Source: a phage
Direction: 5' to 3' (one strand)
NCBI GenBank assembly: GCA_012439925.1
Contig: GCA_012439925.1_4519.1
Length of the DNA stretch: 64,000 nt
The number at the start of each line of letters is the position of its first letter. Positions within the stretch are counted from its first letter, which is position 1. Shown here one piece after another: positions 17,539-26,418 of the stretch. A program made the position numbers and the translations under genes. The notes below the pieces were generated by a model. It saw only the letters and a list, made by a program, of their open reading frames with translations, had not been told where the DNA came from and did no database searches.

Positions 17539-18711
17539 ATGTCTGATTTAAAATCTCGTCTGATTAAAGCTTCTACTTCTAAAATGACTGCGGACTTGAC
17601 TAAGTCTAAGCTGTTTAATAATCGTGATGAAGTCCCTACTCGTATTCCGATGTTGAATATCGCACTAGGTGGTGCTCTGAATGCAGGATTGCAATCAGGC
17701 TTGACTATTTTTGCTGCACCTTCTAAACACTTTAAAACGCTGTTTGGACTAACTATGGTTGCAGCATATATGAAGAAATATAAAGATGCAATCTGTTTGT
17801 TTTATGACTCAGAATTTGGTGCTTCAGAATCTTATTTTCGTTCAATGGGTGTTGATTTAGACCGTGTAGTTCATACTCCGATTCAATCTGTCGAACAACT
17901 TAAAGTTGATATGACTAATCAGCTTGACGCTATTGAACGCGGTGATAAAGTTATTATCTTTATCGATTCAATCGGTAATACTGCATCTAAGAAAGAAACC
18001 GAAGATGCATTGAACGAGAAAGTCGTAGGTGATATGTCTCGTGCTAAGGCACTTAAATCTCTGTTCCGTATTGTGACCCCGTATCTGACTATTAAAGATA
18101 TTCCATGTGTTGCAATCAACCATACAGCAATGGAAATCGGCGGACTATATCCTAAAGAGATTATGGGTGGTGGTACAGGTATTCTTTACTCTGCTAACAC
18201 TGTATTCTTTATCTCTAAACGTCAGGTTAAAGAAGGTACAGAATTGACCGGTTATGACTTCACGTTGAAAGCAGAAAAATCTCGTACAGTTAAAGAGAAA
18301 TCTACTTTCCCAATCACGGTTAATTTTGATGGCGGTATTGATCCATTCAGTGGCTTGTTAGAAATGGCAACTGAAATTGGATTTGTTGTTAAGCCTAAAG
18401 CCGGTTGGTATGCTCGCGAATTCCTTGACGAAGAAACAGGTGAAATGATTCGTGAAGAGAAATCGTGGCGTGCTAAAGCTACTGATTGTGTAGAATTCTG
18501 GGGACCGTTGTTTAAACACAAACCTTTCCGAGATGCAATTGAAACTAAATATAAACTAGGTGCTATCTCTTCTATTAAAGAAGTTGATGACGCTGTTAAC
18601 GACCTTATTAATTGCAAAGCAACAACTAAAGTTCCTGTTAAAGCTTCTGATGCTCCGTCTGCAGCAGATATAGAAAACGACCTTGACGAAATGGAAGATT
18701 TCGATGAATAA
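17539..18711 (+). CDS. uvsX: Recombinase UvsX (RecA-like)
   Basis: RecA fold with Walker A FAAPSKHFKT; 390 aa; synteny. Confidence 0.9.
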   Translation: MSDLKSRLIKASTSKMTADLTKSKLFNNRDEVPTRIPMLNIALGGALNAGLQSGLTIFAAPSKHFKTLFGLTMVAAYMKKYKDAICLFYDSEFGASESYFRSMGVDLDRVVHTPIQSVEQLKVDMTNQLDAIERGDKVIIFIDSIGNTASKKETEDALNEKVVGDMSRAKALKSLFRIVTPYLTIKDIPCVAINHTAMEIGGLYPKEIMGGGTGILYSANTVFFISKRQVKEGTELTGYDFTLKAEKSRTVKEKSTFPITVNFDGGIDPFSGLLEMATEIGFVVKPKAGWYAREFLDEETGEMIREEKSWRAKATDCVEFWGPLFKHKPFRDAIETKYKLGAISSIKEVDDAVNDLINCKATTKVPVKASDAPSAADIENDLDEMEDFDE

Positions 18712-19045
18712 TCTCGATGATTTAAATCTAGAAATCGTTGATGAATCCCCTTCTTCGGAAGGGGAAGACATTCGCAAAGAACGAGTGTTTAATGAATCTC
18801 TTAAAATTATCCGTTCAGCAATGGAAAATGTCATTCAAGAGATTCTGATTACACTTGAAGACGGTTCCCATCATATAGTCTATATTACAAAACTAGACTG
18901 GGTTGATGGTAAAATCGTAATGGACTTTGCAGTTCTTGACCAGGACAGAAAAGCAGAACTTGCACCACATGTTGAAAAATGTGTTACAATGCAAGTACAA
19001 CAAGCTTTTAATGAACGAACCAAGAAAAAATTTAAATTCTTTTAA
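18704..19045 (+). CDS. 40: gp40-like protein
   Basis: Between uvsX and 41 as in T4; ATG at 18704 overlaps the uvsX stop (the ORF-track start at 18683 is TTG). Confidence 0.5.
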   Translation: MNNLDDLNLEIVDESPSSEGEDIRKERVFNESLKIIRSAMENVIQEILITLEDGSHHIVYITKLDWVDGKIVMDFAVLDQDRKAELAPHVEKCVTMQVQQAFNERTKKKFKFF

Positions 19046-19054
19046 GGAGTTATC

Positions 19055-20497
19055 GTGGTAGAAATTATTTTGTCTCATCTAGTATATGACCAGGCTTATT
19101 TTTCTAAGGTCTGGCCTTATATGGATTCTGAGTATTTTGAGCGTGGACCGGCAAAAAACGTCTTTAAAATTATAAAGAGCCACGTTAACGAATATAATGC
19201 AATGCCATCTATCAATGCATTAAAGGTGGCTTTAGATAACAGTTCTTTAACTGAAGCCGAATATAAAGGAACTTCAGACCTAATTGAAAAATTGGCTGAT
19301 ACTCCTGAAGACCACGAATGGTTGGTTAAAGAAACTGAGAAATATGTCCAGCAAAAAGCGATGTATAATGCCACGTCCAAAATCATTGAGATTCAGTCTA
19401 ATGCTGAACTACCTCCAGAACAACGTAACAAGAAAATGCCTGACGTAGGAGCTATTCCTGATATTATGCGTCAAGCGCTTTCAATTTCGTTTGATAGTTA
19501 TGTTGGTCATGACTGGATGGAAGATTATGAAGCACGCTGGCTTTCTTATCTAAATAAAGCACGTAAGGTCCCGTTCAAATTAAACATTCTGAATAAAATC
19601 ACCAAAGGTGGTGCAGAAACAGGTACACTGAATGTTTTAATGGCTGGTGTTAACGTCGGTAAATCTTTAGGCCTTTGTTCACTTGCTGCAGATTATCTTC
19701 AAACAGGACATAATGTTCTTTATATTTCCATGGAAATGGCTGAAGAAGTTTGTGCTAAGCGTATAGATGCAAACATGCTTGACGTATCACTCGATGATAT
19801 CGATGATGGTAACGTATCTTATGCTGAATATAAAGCCAAGATGGAAAAATGGCGTTCAAAAACAACATTAGGACGTTTAGTAGTTAAACAGTATCCTACT
19901 GGTGGAGCTAACGCTAATACATTTCGTGCATTGCTTAATGAATTGAAACTCAAGAAGAACTTTGTGCCATCTGTAATCATGGTTGATTACTTAGGTATTT
20001 GTGGGTCTTGTCGTATCAGAGTTTACACTGAAAATAGCTATACATTAGTTAAAGCTATCGCAGAAGAACTTCGTGCATTAGCAGTAGAATCTGAAACAGT
20101 TCTATGGACTGCAGCTCAAGTAGGACGTGCAGCATGGGATGCTTCAGACATGAACATGAGTGATATTGCAGAATCAGCAGGTTTACCAGCAACAGCAGAT
20201 TTCATGTTGGCTGTAATTGAAACCGAAGAACTTGCACAAGCTGAACAACAACTTATCAAACAAATCAAATCACGATATGGTGATAAGAATAAGTGGAATA
20301 AATTCCTGATGGGTGTACGTAAAGGTAACCAGAAATGGATTGAGATTGAGCAAGAAGGCATGAACACACCTAACACAGTAAATGAAAACGCAGGTGCTCA
20401 GATGCGTCAGGCAGAGGTGAATCGTACGGAACGCGTAGGTAAAGCCAAAGCAACACGTGCTGACCTAGATAGCTTAGCCAACGAGTTAAAATTTTAA
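19055..20497 (+). CDS. 41: Replicative helicase gp41 (DnaB-like)
   Basis: GTG start with AAGGAG SD; MVEIILSHL... matches T4 gp41; Walker A GVNVGKS. Confidence 0.9.
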   Translation: MVEIILSHLVYDQAYFSKVWPYMDSEYFERGPAKNVFKIIKSHVNEYNAMPSINALKVALDNSSLTEAEYKGTSDLIEKLADTPEDHEWLVKETEKYVQQKAMYNATSKIIEIQSNAELPPEQRNKKMPDVGAIPDIMRQALSISFDSYVGHDWMEDYEARWLSYLNKARKVPFKLNILNKITKGGAETGTLNVLMAGVNVGKSLGLCSLAADYLQTGHNVLYISMEMAEEVCAKRIDANMLDVSLDDIDDGNVSYAEYKAKMEKWRSKTTLGRLVVKQYPTGGANANTFRALLNELKLKKNFVPSVIMVDYLGICGSCRIRVYTENSYTLVKAIAEELRALAVESETVLWTAAQVGRAAWDASDMNMSDIAESAGLPATADFMLAVIETEELAQAEQQLIKQIKSRYGDKNKWNKFLMGVRKGNQKWIEIEQEGMNTPNTVNENAGAQMRQAEVNRTERVGKAKATRADLDSLANELKF

Positions 20498-20503
20498 TAA
20501 AAA

Positions 20504-20522
20504 GGAGACTTCGGTCTCCTTT
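20504..20522 (+). terminator. Terminator hairpin GGAGAC-TTCG-GTCTCC
   Basis: Perfect stem with UUCG loop followed by TTT; the identical hairpin recurs at 54547 and 62835. Confidence 0.6.
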
Positions 20523-20526
20523 CGGG

Positions 20527-20560
20527 GTTTACATCTTCCTCTAGGCATGATATGATGTAC
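20527..20560 (+). promoter_or_regulatory. Early promoter (GTTTACA -35 / TATGAT -10)
   Basis: -35 and -10 hexamers separated by 17 nt upstream of the 20586 ORF. Confidence 0.5.
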
Positions 20561-20585
20561 TTACACCAACCAAGAGGAAAACATT

Positions 20586-20960
20586 ATGAATATGTCTCAA
20601 GCAATTTTTACTGCAATCACCGAAAACACAACTGTTGAAGTAGTTTCTCCGCTGGTAACCTACGTTATTCTTGCCCCTAAAACTATTGTATCTCGTATGG
20701 AAAACATGGGCAAACGTATCGTACAAATTGTCGGAGCCGGAAATCAAAAACTTGATTATCTGCGAACCATCAAAGCTTATGAACATTTCCAACTCGAAAA
20801 AGGTTCTCCTATCCAGGTAGAACTCGTAAATGGTGATATCGTTCGAGCAATGTTCCATCATTTCTATGCATTGAATGACCCATCTAAAGCGGTTCGTTTA
20901 ATTGCATACGATGCAAACCAAAACGAAATCAACGCAGATGTATCTAAATTACGTTTTTAA
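20586..20960 (+). CDS. Hypothetical protein
   Basis: ATG ORF with AGAGGA SD downstream of an early promoter. Confidence 0.5.
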   Translation: MNMSQAIFTAITENTTVEVVSPLVTYVILAPKTIVSRMENMGKRIVQIVGAGNQKLDYLRTIKAYEHFQLEKGSPIQVELVNGDIVRAMFHHFYALNDPSKAVRLIAYDANQNEINADVSKLRF

Positions 20961-21000
20961 GTTTACTTCTCCAGTAGTTTTGTTATTATAGACCTATCAA
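20961..21000 (+). promoter_or_regulatory. Early promoter cassette (PeSL-like)
   Basis: GTTTAC ... TATTATAGACCTATCAA; the 9-bp inverted repeat CTCCAGTAG/CTACTGGAG flanks the -10 and its 3' arm overlaps the SD. Confidence 0.55.
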
Positions 21001-21015
21001 CTACTGGAGAACAAA

Positions 21016-21333
21016 ATGAAAACCATCGATTGTAAAGCAGAATTTAAGATTTTTTATCACGGTTCAAGTAGTTCAGCTAACATCGAAAACATGCTTTGTC
21101 CTCCTGAAGAAACAGGAGTTCTGTCTGAAACTGGACGTAAGAAAAACTTGGATCGTGTATTCTTTACTGAAGATATCGGTTTAGCAAAGATTTATGCAGG
21201 ACGAGCAGCACGCTCTTATGGAGGTGAACCACGTCTCTATCGAGTAATTTCTCCGGTAGACGTAGTTCAAATGAATGATACTAAAGGTGCTACAGTTTAT
21301 CACGCTGAATGGGCCTTCTGTGAGGAAATATGA
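21016..21333 (+). CDS. Hypothetical protein with HGS ... Y-x9-Y ... E pattern
   Basis: FYHGSS, KIYAGRAARSYGG and a C-terminal HAEWAFCEE resemble the H-Y-E ADP-ribosyltransferase triad, but the protein is only 105 aa. Confidence 0.5.
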   Translation: MKTIDCKAEFKIFYHGSSSSANIENMLCPPEETGVLSETGRKKNLDRVFFTEDIGLAKIYAGRAARSYGGEPRLYRVISPVDVVQMNDTKGATVYHAEWAFCEEI

Positions 21334-21521
21334 GCAAATTAACTAAAGTTACTTTTATCGGTTGGTTTAAAAGCGGCGAGATGTTCACTAAAGATATCAT
21401 GTTATCAGGTGATCGCGAAGAAATCGAGTGGGTTGCGGTACAACTTGCCGAAGTGAACAATGCATTAGTTAAAGCATTTATTAATGACGAGAAAGTTTTT
21501 GAAGCTGATTTCAGAGGATAA
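21330..21521 (+). CDS. Hypothetical protein
   Basis: ATGA overlap with the previous gene. Confidence 0.4.
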   Translation: MSKLTKVTFIGWFKSGEMFTKDIMLSGDREEIEWVAVQLAEVNNALVKAFINDEKVFEADFRG

Positions 21522-21522
21522 T

Positions 21523-21735
21523 ATGTATTCAACTGTGTTTAAACCATCGACATACGAATTTGCATCAACTACACAATGGAAAGCTCTTATTCTGGAAGGA
21601 TGGGAACTAATGATGGATTGTGAAGCATCTGAAAAGTTTCCACACGGCAAAGTGGACTTCGTTAAATTTGCTGTACGTCCGACTAAACGACAGATTCGTC
21701 AAGAAAAACGCAAATTTCGCAAAAGTTTAAAATAG
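21523..21735 (+). CDS. Hypothetical protein
   Basis: ATG 1 nt after the previous stop with AGAGGA SD (the longer ORF-track form overlaps the upstream gene). Confidence 0.4.
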   Translation: MYSTVFKPSTYEFASTTQWKALILEGWELMMDCEASEKFPHGKVDFVKFAVRPTKRQIRQEKRKFRKSLK

Positions 21736-21737
21736 CT

Positions 21738-21778
21738 GTTTACAAGCACTACATACTGTGTTACTATCTTTCTATCAA
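21738..21778 (+). promoter_or_regulatory. Early promoter cassette (PeSL-like)
   Basis: GTTTACA, 17-nt spacer, TACTAT, then CTTTCTATCAA. Confidence 0.5.
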
Positions 21779-21795
21779 CTACAGAGGAAATTGAA

Positions 21796-22164
21796 ATGAA
21801 AAAATTAATCGCTTTAGCAATGGTATTTGGATTAACCGGATGTGGTGCCCGTGGCTTTATCCCTAATAATGTCGGCCAATTGATTTATAACCCGAATGTT
21901 AAACAGTACAACCAACCTAAAGTTGAAGTGGAAGACCCGGTTACTGTAGGTAATCGAATGATTCAAGCTGATGCCAATGCTCAACGTTATCGTGACTCTG
22001 ATACTGTAGCATTGTCAAAAGAACAACGCGTTAAAGAACATTGCTTACAGGCTACTGAAATCGCATTCATTCGCTATGTTGAAACAACTGGTAAAGAGCC
22101 TTCCCAGAAACAAATCGCGAATAACTACGTCCAGTGTATTGAACGTTTAAACAAATTTAATTAA
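21796..22164 (+). CDS. Putative lipoprotein
   Basis: Signal peptide with lipobox: MKKLIALAMVFGLTGC. Confidence 0.55.
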   Translation: MKKLIALAMVFGLTGCGARGFIPNNVGQLIYNPNVKQYNQPKVEVEDPVTVGNRMIQADANAQRYRDSDTVALSKEQRVKEHCLQATEIAFIRYVETTGKEPSQKQIANNYVQCIERLNKFN

Positions 22165-22167
22165 TCG

Positions 22168-22205
22168 GTTTACACCAAAGTTAAAATAAGATACTATAAA
22201 CATAA
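22168..22205 (+). promoter_or_regulatory. Early promoter
   Basis: GTTTACA, 17-nt spacer, TACTAT. Confidence 0.45.
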
Positions 22206-22225
22206 CAAATCAAGAGGAAATTAAC

Positions 22226-22474
22226 ATGGAATTATTCGTAGCTAGTTCAGTAGCAGTTTTAATCGCAGGTATTGGTTCAATCATCATTTACATGTTGCCT
22301 TGGGTAATCGCACTTATTCGTGGCACAAAAAGCACAACAGCAATCTTCTTTGTATCTTTACTCTTTAACTGGACGATGATTGGTTGGATTGGAACTTTAA
22401 TTTGGTCTATCGTTGCCGAAAAGAAATCTGCTCAGCAGCCTCAACAAGTAATTATTATTCGCGAAAAAGAATAA
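22226..22474 (+). CDS. Small two-TM membrane protein (Imm-like superinfection-immunity candidate)
   Basis: Two hydrophobic helices separated by RGTKSTT; 82 aa. Confidence 0.5.
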   Translation: MELFVASSVAVLIAGIGSIIIYMLPWVIALIRGTKSTTAIFFVSLLFNWTMIGWIGTLIWSIVAEKKSAQQPQQVIIIREKE

Positions 22475-22478
22475 ACTT

Positions 22479-22520
22479 GTTTACATTATAGATGGACTAT
22501 GGTATAGTAGTCCTATCAAA
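22479..22520 (+). promoter_or_regulatory. Early promoter cassette (PeSL-like)
   Basis: GTTTACA, 17 nt, TGgTATAGT (extended -10); inverted repeat GGACTA/TAGTCC straddles the -10. Confidence 0.55.
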
Positions 22521-22537
22521 TCAACTAAGGAGTTAAA

Positions 22538-22831
22538 ATGAAAAAGTTATCATTGGCAGCAATCTTACTTGCAGTATCATGTGCACCAGCTCCAGTTACA
22601 GCAGGTTATGATAAAGACCTCTGTGAGTGGTCAATGACTGCAAATCAAGAAGATGTTGAACAACAAATCTTCTCTGATATCGTGAACATCACTAAACGAG
22701 ACCGTCCTAATATGGTTAATAAAGTTGTTGAACAACTTAAGTCCGGCGGTATCATGCAGTACAACTATGTTTTGTATTGTGACCCTAATTTCGATAACAA
22801 AGATATCGTAACCGAAATCACAGGTGAATAA
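22538..22831 (+). CDS. Secreted small protein, Spackle (Sp)-like
   Basis: Signal peptide MKKLSLAAILLAVSC...; 97 aa; GYDKDLCEW...YNYVLYCD resembles what I recall of T4 Sp. Confidence 0.5.
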   Translation: MKKLSLAAILLAVSCAPAPVTAGYDKDLCEWSMTANQEDVEQQIFSDIVNITKRDRPNMVNKVVEQLKSGGIMQYNYVLYCDPNFDNKDIVTEITGE

Positions 22832-22832
22832 T

Positions 22833-23483
22833 ATGATTTATTACATGCACAAAAACGCACCATTCAAATATGGTAAATTTCCTAATGCACAATGTTATAA
22901 TATAACGCCGAATGAAAATAATAACGGATACCATATTGGTGTAATTTTTGTAATTGTTAAAGATAACGAAATCGTTGCCTGGGCAGATTTTAAAGGTACA
23001 ACATACGATGTTAATCCTGTGCCTTTCACATATTACAATATAATGGATTTGGCATATGATTATAATTGGTTTACTCATGACACGTTGGCTCATATTGAAG
23101 GTGTAGGATTTGACATCTCTTATTCTAGCTATTCGTTATGTCCTATGAGCCGAGCTCACGGTAAAGATGTATCATATCTTTCAATTCGGAAACGTGTAAA
23201 CTTCAAACGTAGTACAGAGTATGTTGGTGGACTCTTTGTTAAAGATAATAAAATAACCCGTATTAGTTATCCTTTAAGTGTAGATCAAAAAGATGTTGAT
23301 GTTGATTTAGACTTAACTGAAAGTAACATTAATCGTATTGCTTCTGTATATTTTGATATCGATGAAAAAATTGTAGTGTGTGGATACGAATTACCACTTG
23401 AAGAAAAGGCTGAAGCAATTGAAGTCGAATTAGAAATTTCTGTTGATGACCAAATATTTAATGCATTTATGAATCGAGGTTAA
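22833..23483 (+). CDS. Hypothetical protein
   Basis: ATG directly after the previous stop; about 216 aa. Confidence 0.5.
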   Translation: MIYYMHKNAPFKYGKFPNAQCYNITPNENNNGYHIGVIFVIVKDNEIVAWADFKGTTYDVNPVPFTYYNIMDLAYDYNWFTHDTLAHIEGVGFDISYSSYSLCPMSRAHGKDVSYLSIRKRVNFKRSTEYVGGLFVKDNKITRISYPLSVDQKDVDVDLDLTESNINRIASVYFDIDEKIVVCGYELPLEEKAEAIEVELEISVDDQIFNAFMNRG

Positions 23484-23484
23484 A

Positions 23485-23682
23485 ATGACTACTGCAATTT
23501 GCACTGGTTCTAAAATTAGTGTTTTTACAAGTTTTGAAGATTATGAAGTTGTTTCAAAACACCAATGCCATATTAGCGTAAAAGCTAATGATGGTGTAAT
23601 TTGGAATATTCCACACTATGAAGACACTACATATGAAGTCACAGATGCGAACGGTGATAAAGCGATCTTTGTGATTGATTAA
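23485..23682 (+). CDS. Hypothetical protein
   Basis: ATG ORF 2 nt after the previous stop. Confidence 0.4.
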   Translation: MTTAICTGSKISVFTSFEDYEVVSKHQCHISVKANDGVIWNIPHYEDTTYEVTDANGDKAIFVID

Positions 23683-23701
23683 ATATACTCAGGAGGTACC
23701 T

Positions 23702-24169
23702 ATGGGTATTATTAACACTGCAATAGATTCAGTTTATGCATATAAGTTTATTCGACTAATGCAAAAACCTTTTACCGAATGGAAAGCGTACGAAGCCAAA
23801 ATCATCGACGAACGTGGAAGTGTTCTTAAACGTCCTTCCACTCCTGAAGAGAAAGCGGCTTATACACCTTTTCATGCTTCAGTTCGTTCAATGAAGCGAA
23901 TGATGAGTACTGTTCCAGGTCTTAATGGAATGGCCTCAATGATGTCTGCCTGGAGTGCTGTAGCATCCCGCTATAACATTACAGAAGAACAGCAGAAAGA
24001 AATATTTAAAGAACTCCCTTTATTTGAGGATATGGTTGCTGGTGATTCAGGTGGCAGTCCTCAAGCTATTGCATCAGGAACTACTACAGGTGCAATTGTA
24101 AATAAAGGTCCAGAACAAATTCCTTCCAAGAAAAGAAAGCGAATTAAAGTAAATATTAATAAGTTGTGA
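23702..24169 (+). CDS. Hypothetical protein
   Basis: ATG with AGGAGG SD 8 nt upstream (the ORF-track start at 23675 is TTG). Confidence 0.5.
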   Translation: MGIINTAIDSVYAYKFIRLMQKPFTEWKAYEAKIIDERGSVLKRPSTPEEKAAYTPFHASVRSMKRMMSTVPGLNGMASMMSAWSAVASRYNITEEQQKEIFKELPLFEDMVAGDSGGSPQAIASGTTTGAIVNKGPEQIPSKKRKRIKVNINKL

Positions 24170-24171
24170 TA

Positions 24172-24191
24172 AGATGGCCTTATTAATTTAA
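24172..24191 (+). other. Hairpin GGCCTTA-(6 nt)-TAAGGCC upstream of gene 61
   Basis: 7-bp inverted repeat seen directly; no T-tract, so not clearly a terminator. Confidence 0.35.
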
Positions 24192-24208
24192 GGCCTCTGG
24201 AGAATACT

Positions 24209-25231
24209 ATGGCTGAATGGATAGATAATGAATTTGCTTATCGTGCGTTTTCTCACCTCCCTCGTTTTAGACAAATCAATAATTCAAGCACATTTAAATT
24301 AACATTTCGATGCCCAGTTTGTGGCGACTCTCAGACAGATGCAATGAAAGCCCGCGGATGGTATTACGGCGGTACTCCAGGTAATGTGCATTGCTATAAC
24401 TGTCAATACCACAATACAATTTCCGGATACTTAAAAGAGTATGATGAAGAGCTTTATCGCGAATATCTAATGGAAGTTCGTAAAGAAAAAGCTAGAATGG
24501 AACCGAAGATTGAAAAGGTTCCTGAACATAAACCAGAACCGGAGAAAAAGACTATAAATTCTTTGCCGTCTTGTTCTCGTCTGGACAAGTTGCCTGAAGA
24601 GCATCCTATTGTGAAATATGTTAAGTCTCGGTGTATTCCTAAAGAATCATGGAACAGATTATGGTTCACATTAGAATGGCCTAAATTGGTCAACAAGATT
24701 CAACCAGGCACGTATAAGAAAGAGATTCCAGAACCGCGTTTAGTGATTCCTATTTTTAATAAAGATGGGAAGGCCGAGTCATTCCAAGGACGTGCACTTC
24801 GTAAAGATGCTCCTCAAAAATATATCACTATTAAAGCGTTTGAGTCTGCAACAAAAATTTATGGTGTTGAACGTGTTAAGGAAGGAGACGTCTGGGTAAT
24901 GGAAGGCCCTATTGATAGTTTATTCATACCCAATGCAATCGCTATTACAGGCGGCTCGATAGATTTAGATGTGGTACCATTTAAAGAACGTCGGGTATGG
25001 GTAATGGATAATGAACCTAGGCATCCGGATACTATAGCTCGCATGAAGCGATTAGTTGATGCAGGCGAACGTGTCATGTTCTGGGATCGAGCTCCATGGA
25101 GATCAAAGGATGTGAATGATATGGTAATGAAAGAAAATGCAACACCACAAGAAATTTTAGAATATATGAAACAGAATATTTCAAGTGGGTTGCATGCTAA
25201 AATGAGATTATCTCGTTATTCGAAGATTTAA
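24209..25231 (+). CDS. 61: DNA primase gp61
   Basis: Zinc ribbon CPVCGDS ... CYNCQ and toprim-like VMEGPIDS ... MDNE; 340 aa. Confidence 0.9.
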   Translation: MAEWIDNEFAYRAFSHLPRFRQINNSSTFKLTFRCPVCGDSQTDAMKARGWYYGGTPGNVHCYNCQYHNTISGYLKEYDEELYREYLMEVRKEKARMEPKIEKVPEHKPEPEKKTINSLPSCSRLDKLPEEHPIVKYVKSRCIPKESWNRLWFTLEWPKLVNKIQPGTYKKEIPEPRLVIPIFNKDGKAESFQGRALRKDAPQKYITIKAFESATKIYGVERVKEGDVWVMEGPIDSLFIPNAIAITGGSIDLDVVPFKERRVWVMDNEPRHPDTIARMKRLVDAGERVMFWDRAPWRSKDVNDMVMKENATPQEILEYMKQNISSGLHAKMRLSRYSKI

Positions 25232-25425
25232 ACAAGTCCTATAATAGCAAAGGCCAAATCAACTACAGTATCCAATGGAACAGAAGGAACTATAATACCA
25301 TGGGCAACTAACAATGGTGCAATCCCGAAGTTCCATGAAATAATGCCACCTACAACTATTGCGGCGATAGCAGTTTTCTTTTTATTGCCTTTAATAGCGT
25401 TGATTAACGATGGAAGTTTAAACAT
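25228..25425 (-). CDS. Small membrane protein (65 aa) on the opposite strand
   Basis: Strong SD (AAGGAG, 5-nt spacer) on the - strand; hydrophobic AIAAIVVGGIISWNFGIAPLLVAHGIIVP; its stop overlaps the gene 61 stop. Confidence 0.45.
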   Translation of the reverse strand: MFKLPSLINAIKGNKKKTAIAAIVVGGIISWNFGIAPLLVAHGIIVPSVPLDTVVDLAFAIIGLV

Positions 25426-25513
25426 AATATCTCCTTAGTTACCTATTATTTATTACGCTTTATAAAATTAATGTTATAATTAACTCTCTTATACTGAATT
25501 GAAAGGAAAAATA

Positions 25514-26035
25514 ATGGCGCACTTTAATGAATGTTCACAACTTATTTCTGGTGTTGATAAAGCAGAAGAAGCTTATTTTAATGCTCTGATTCACGAAGAT
25601 AAAGACCCACTGCAGGTAATGCTTGATATGCAGAAATCTTTACAGGTTCGTCTGGCAAATGACAAGCCTGAACATAACAAACATCCTGATGAATTGGCTA
25701 CTGCTGGTGATGTTGTTGATTGGCTGCGTAATCAGAAAGATTATATTGATGATGAATTCCGTGAACTGTTGACTTCACTTGGTGGTATGAGCAATGGTGA
25801 AAAAGCCGCCAGCAGTGTATGGAAGCCTTGGAAAGCACAACATGCAGAATATCGAAATCGTCGTATCGATGAACTGTCTCCTGAAGACCAGCTTGAAATT
25901 AAATTTGAGATGATTGATATTCTTCATTTCGTTCTGAATATGTTCCAGGGTCTTGGTCTTACAGCAGAAGAAATCTTTAAACTTTACTACTTGAAAAACC
26001 AACACAACTTTGAACGTCAGGATAATGGTTACTAA
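25514..26035 (+). CDS. 56: dCTP pyrophosphatase gp56 (MazG-like)
   Basis: MAHFNEC ... DPLQVMLDMQ ... EIKFE ... FHFVLNMF matches remembered T4 gp56; start moved to the ATG at 25514. Confidence 0.8.
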   Translation: MAHFNECSQLISGVDKAEEAYFNALIHEDKDPLQVMLDMQKSLQVRLANDKPEHNKHPDELATAGDVVDWLRNQKDYIDDEFRELLTSLGGMSNGEKAASSVWKPWKAQHAEYRNRRIDELSPEDQLEIKFEMIDILHFVLNMFQGLGLTAEEIFKLYYLKNQHNFERQDNGY

Positions 26036-26041
26036 TTAAGT

Positions 26042-26049
26042 TATAAATA
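26042..26049 (+). promoter_or_regulatory. Late promoter TATAAATA
   Basis: Exact T4 late-promoter consensus about 30 nt upstream of the soc ATG. Confidence 0.6.
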
Positions 26050-26080
26050 CACCTGTAATTAAACAACAAAGGAGTTAATT

Positions 26081-26317
26081 ATGGGTGGTTATGTAAACAT
26101 CAAAACCTTTACGCATCCTGCTGGTGAAGGCAAAGAAGTTAAAGGTATGGAAGTTTCTGTTCCGTTTGAGATTTATTCAAACGAACATCGGATTGCAGAT
26201 TCTCATTATCAGACTTTCCCGTCCGAAAAAGCTGCTTACACTACTGTGGTGACTGACGCAGCAGATTGGCGTACTAAGAACGCTGCAATGTTTACCCCTA
26301 CACCAGTAAGTGGTTAA
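26081..26317 (+). CDS. soc: Small outer capsid protein Soc
   Basis: GYVNIKTF ... AHYQTFPSEKAAY matches remembered T4/RB69 Soc; 78 aa; preceded by a late promoter. Confidence 0.7.
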   Translation: MGGYVNIKTFTHPAGEGKEVKGMEVSVPFEIYSNEHRIADSHYQTFPSEKAAYTTVVTDAADWRTKNAAMFTPTPVSG

Positions 26318-26326
26318 ATAATTTAA

Positions 26327-26350
26327 GGAATCCTTCGGGATTCCTTTTTT
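26327..26350 (+). terminator. Terminator GGAATCC-TTCG-GGATTCC + T6
   Basis: Perfect hairpin followed by TTTTTT. Confidence 0.7.
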
Positions 26351-26360
26351 CGTTTCTAGA

Positions 26361-26395
26361 GTTTACATCCACTAAAAACTATGTTAAGATATTCT
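26361..26395 (+). promoter_or_regulatory. Early promoter
   Basis: GTTTACA, 17 nt, TAAGAT. Confidence 0.4.
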
Positions 26396-26418
26396 TACTT
26401 ACTCAAGAGGAGAACATT

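Noticed and set aside
25426-25500. Possible late promoter for the - strand membrane ORF
   Set aside because: Only near-matches (AATAAATA) rather than TATAAATA are present; not called.
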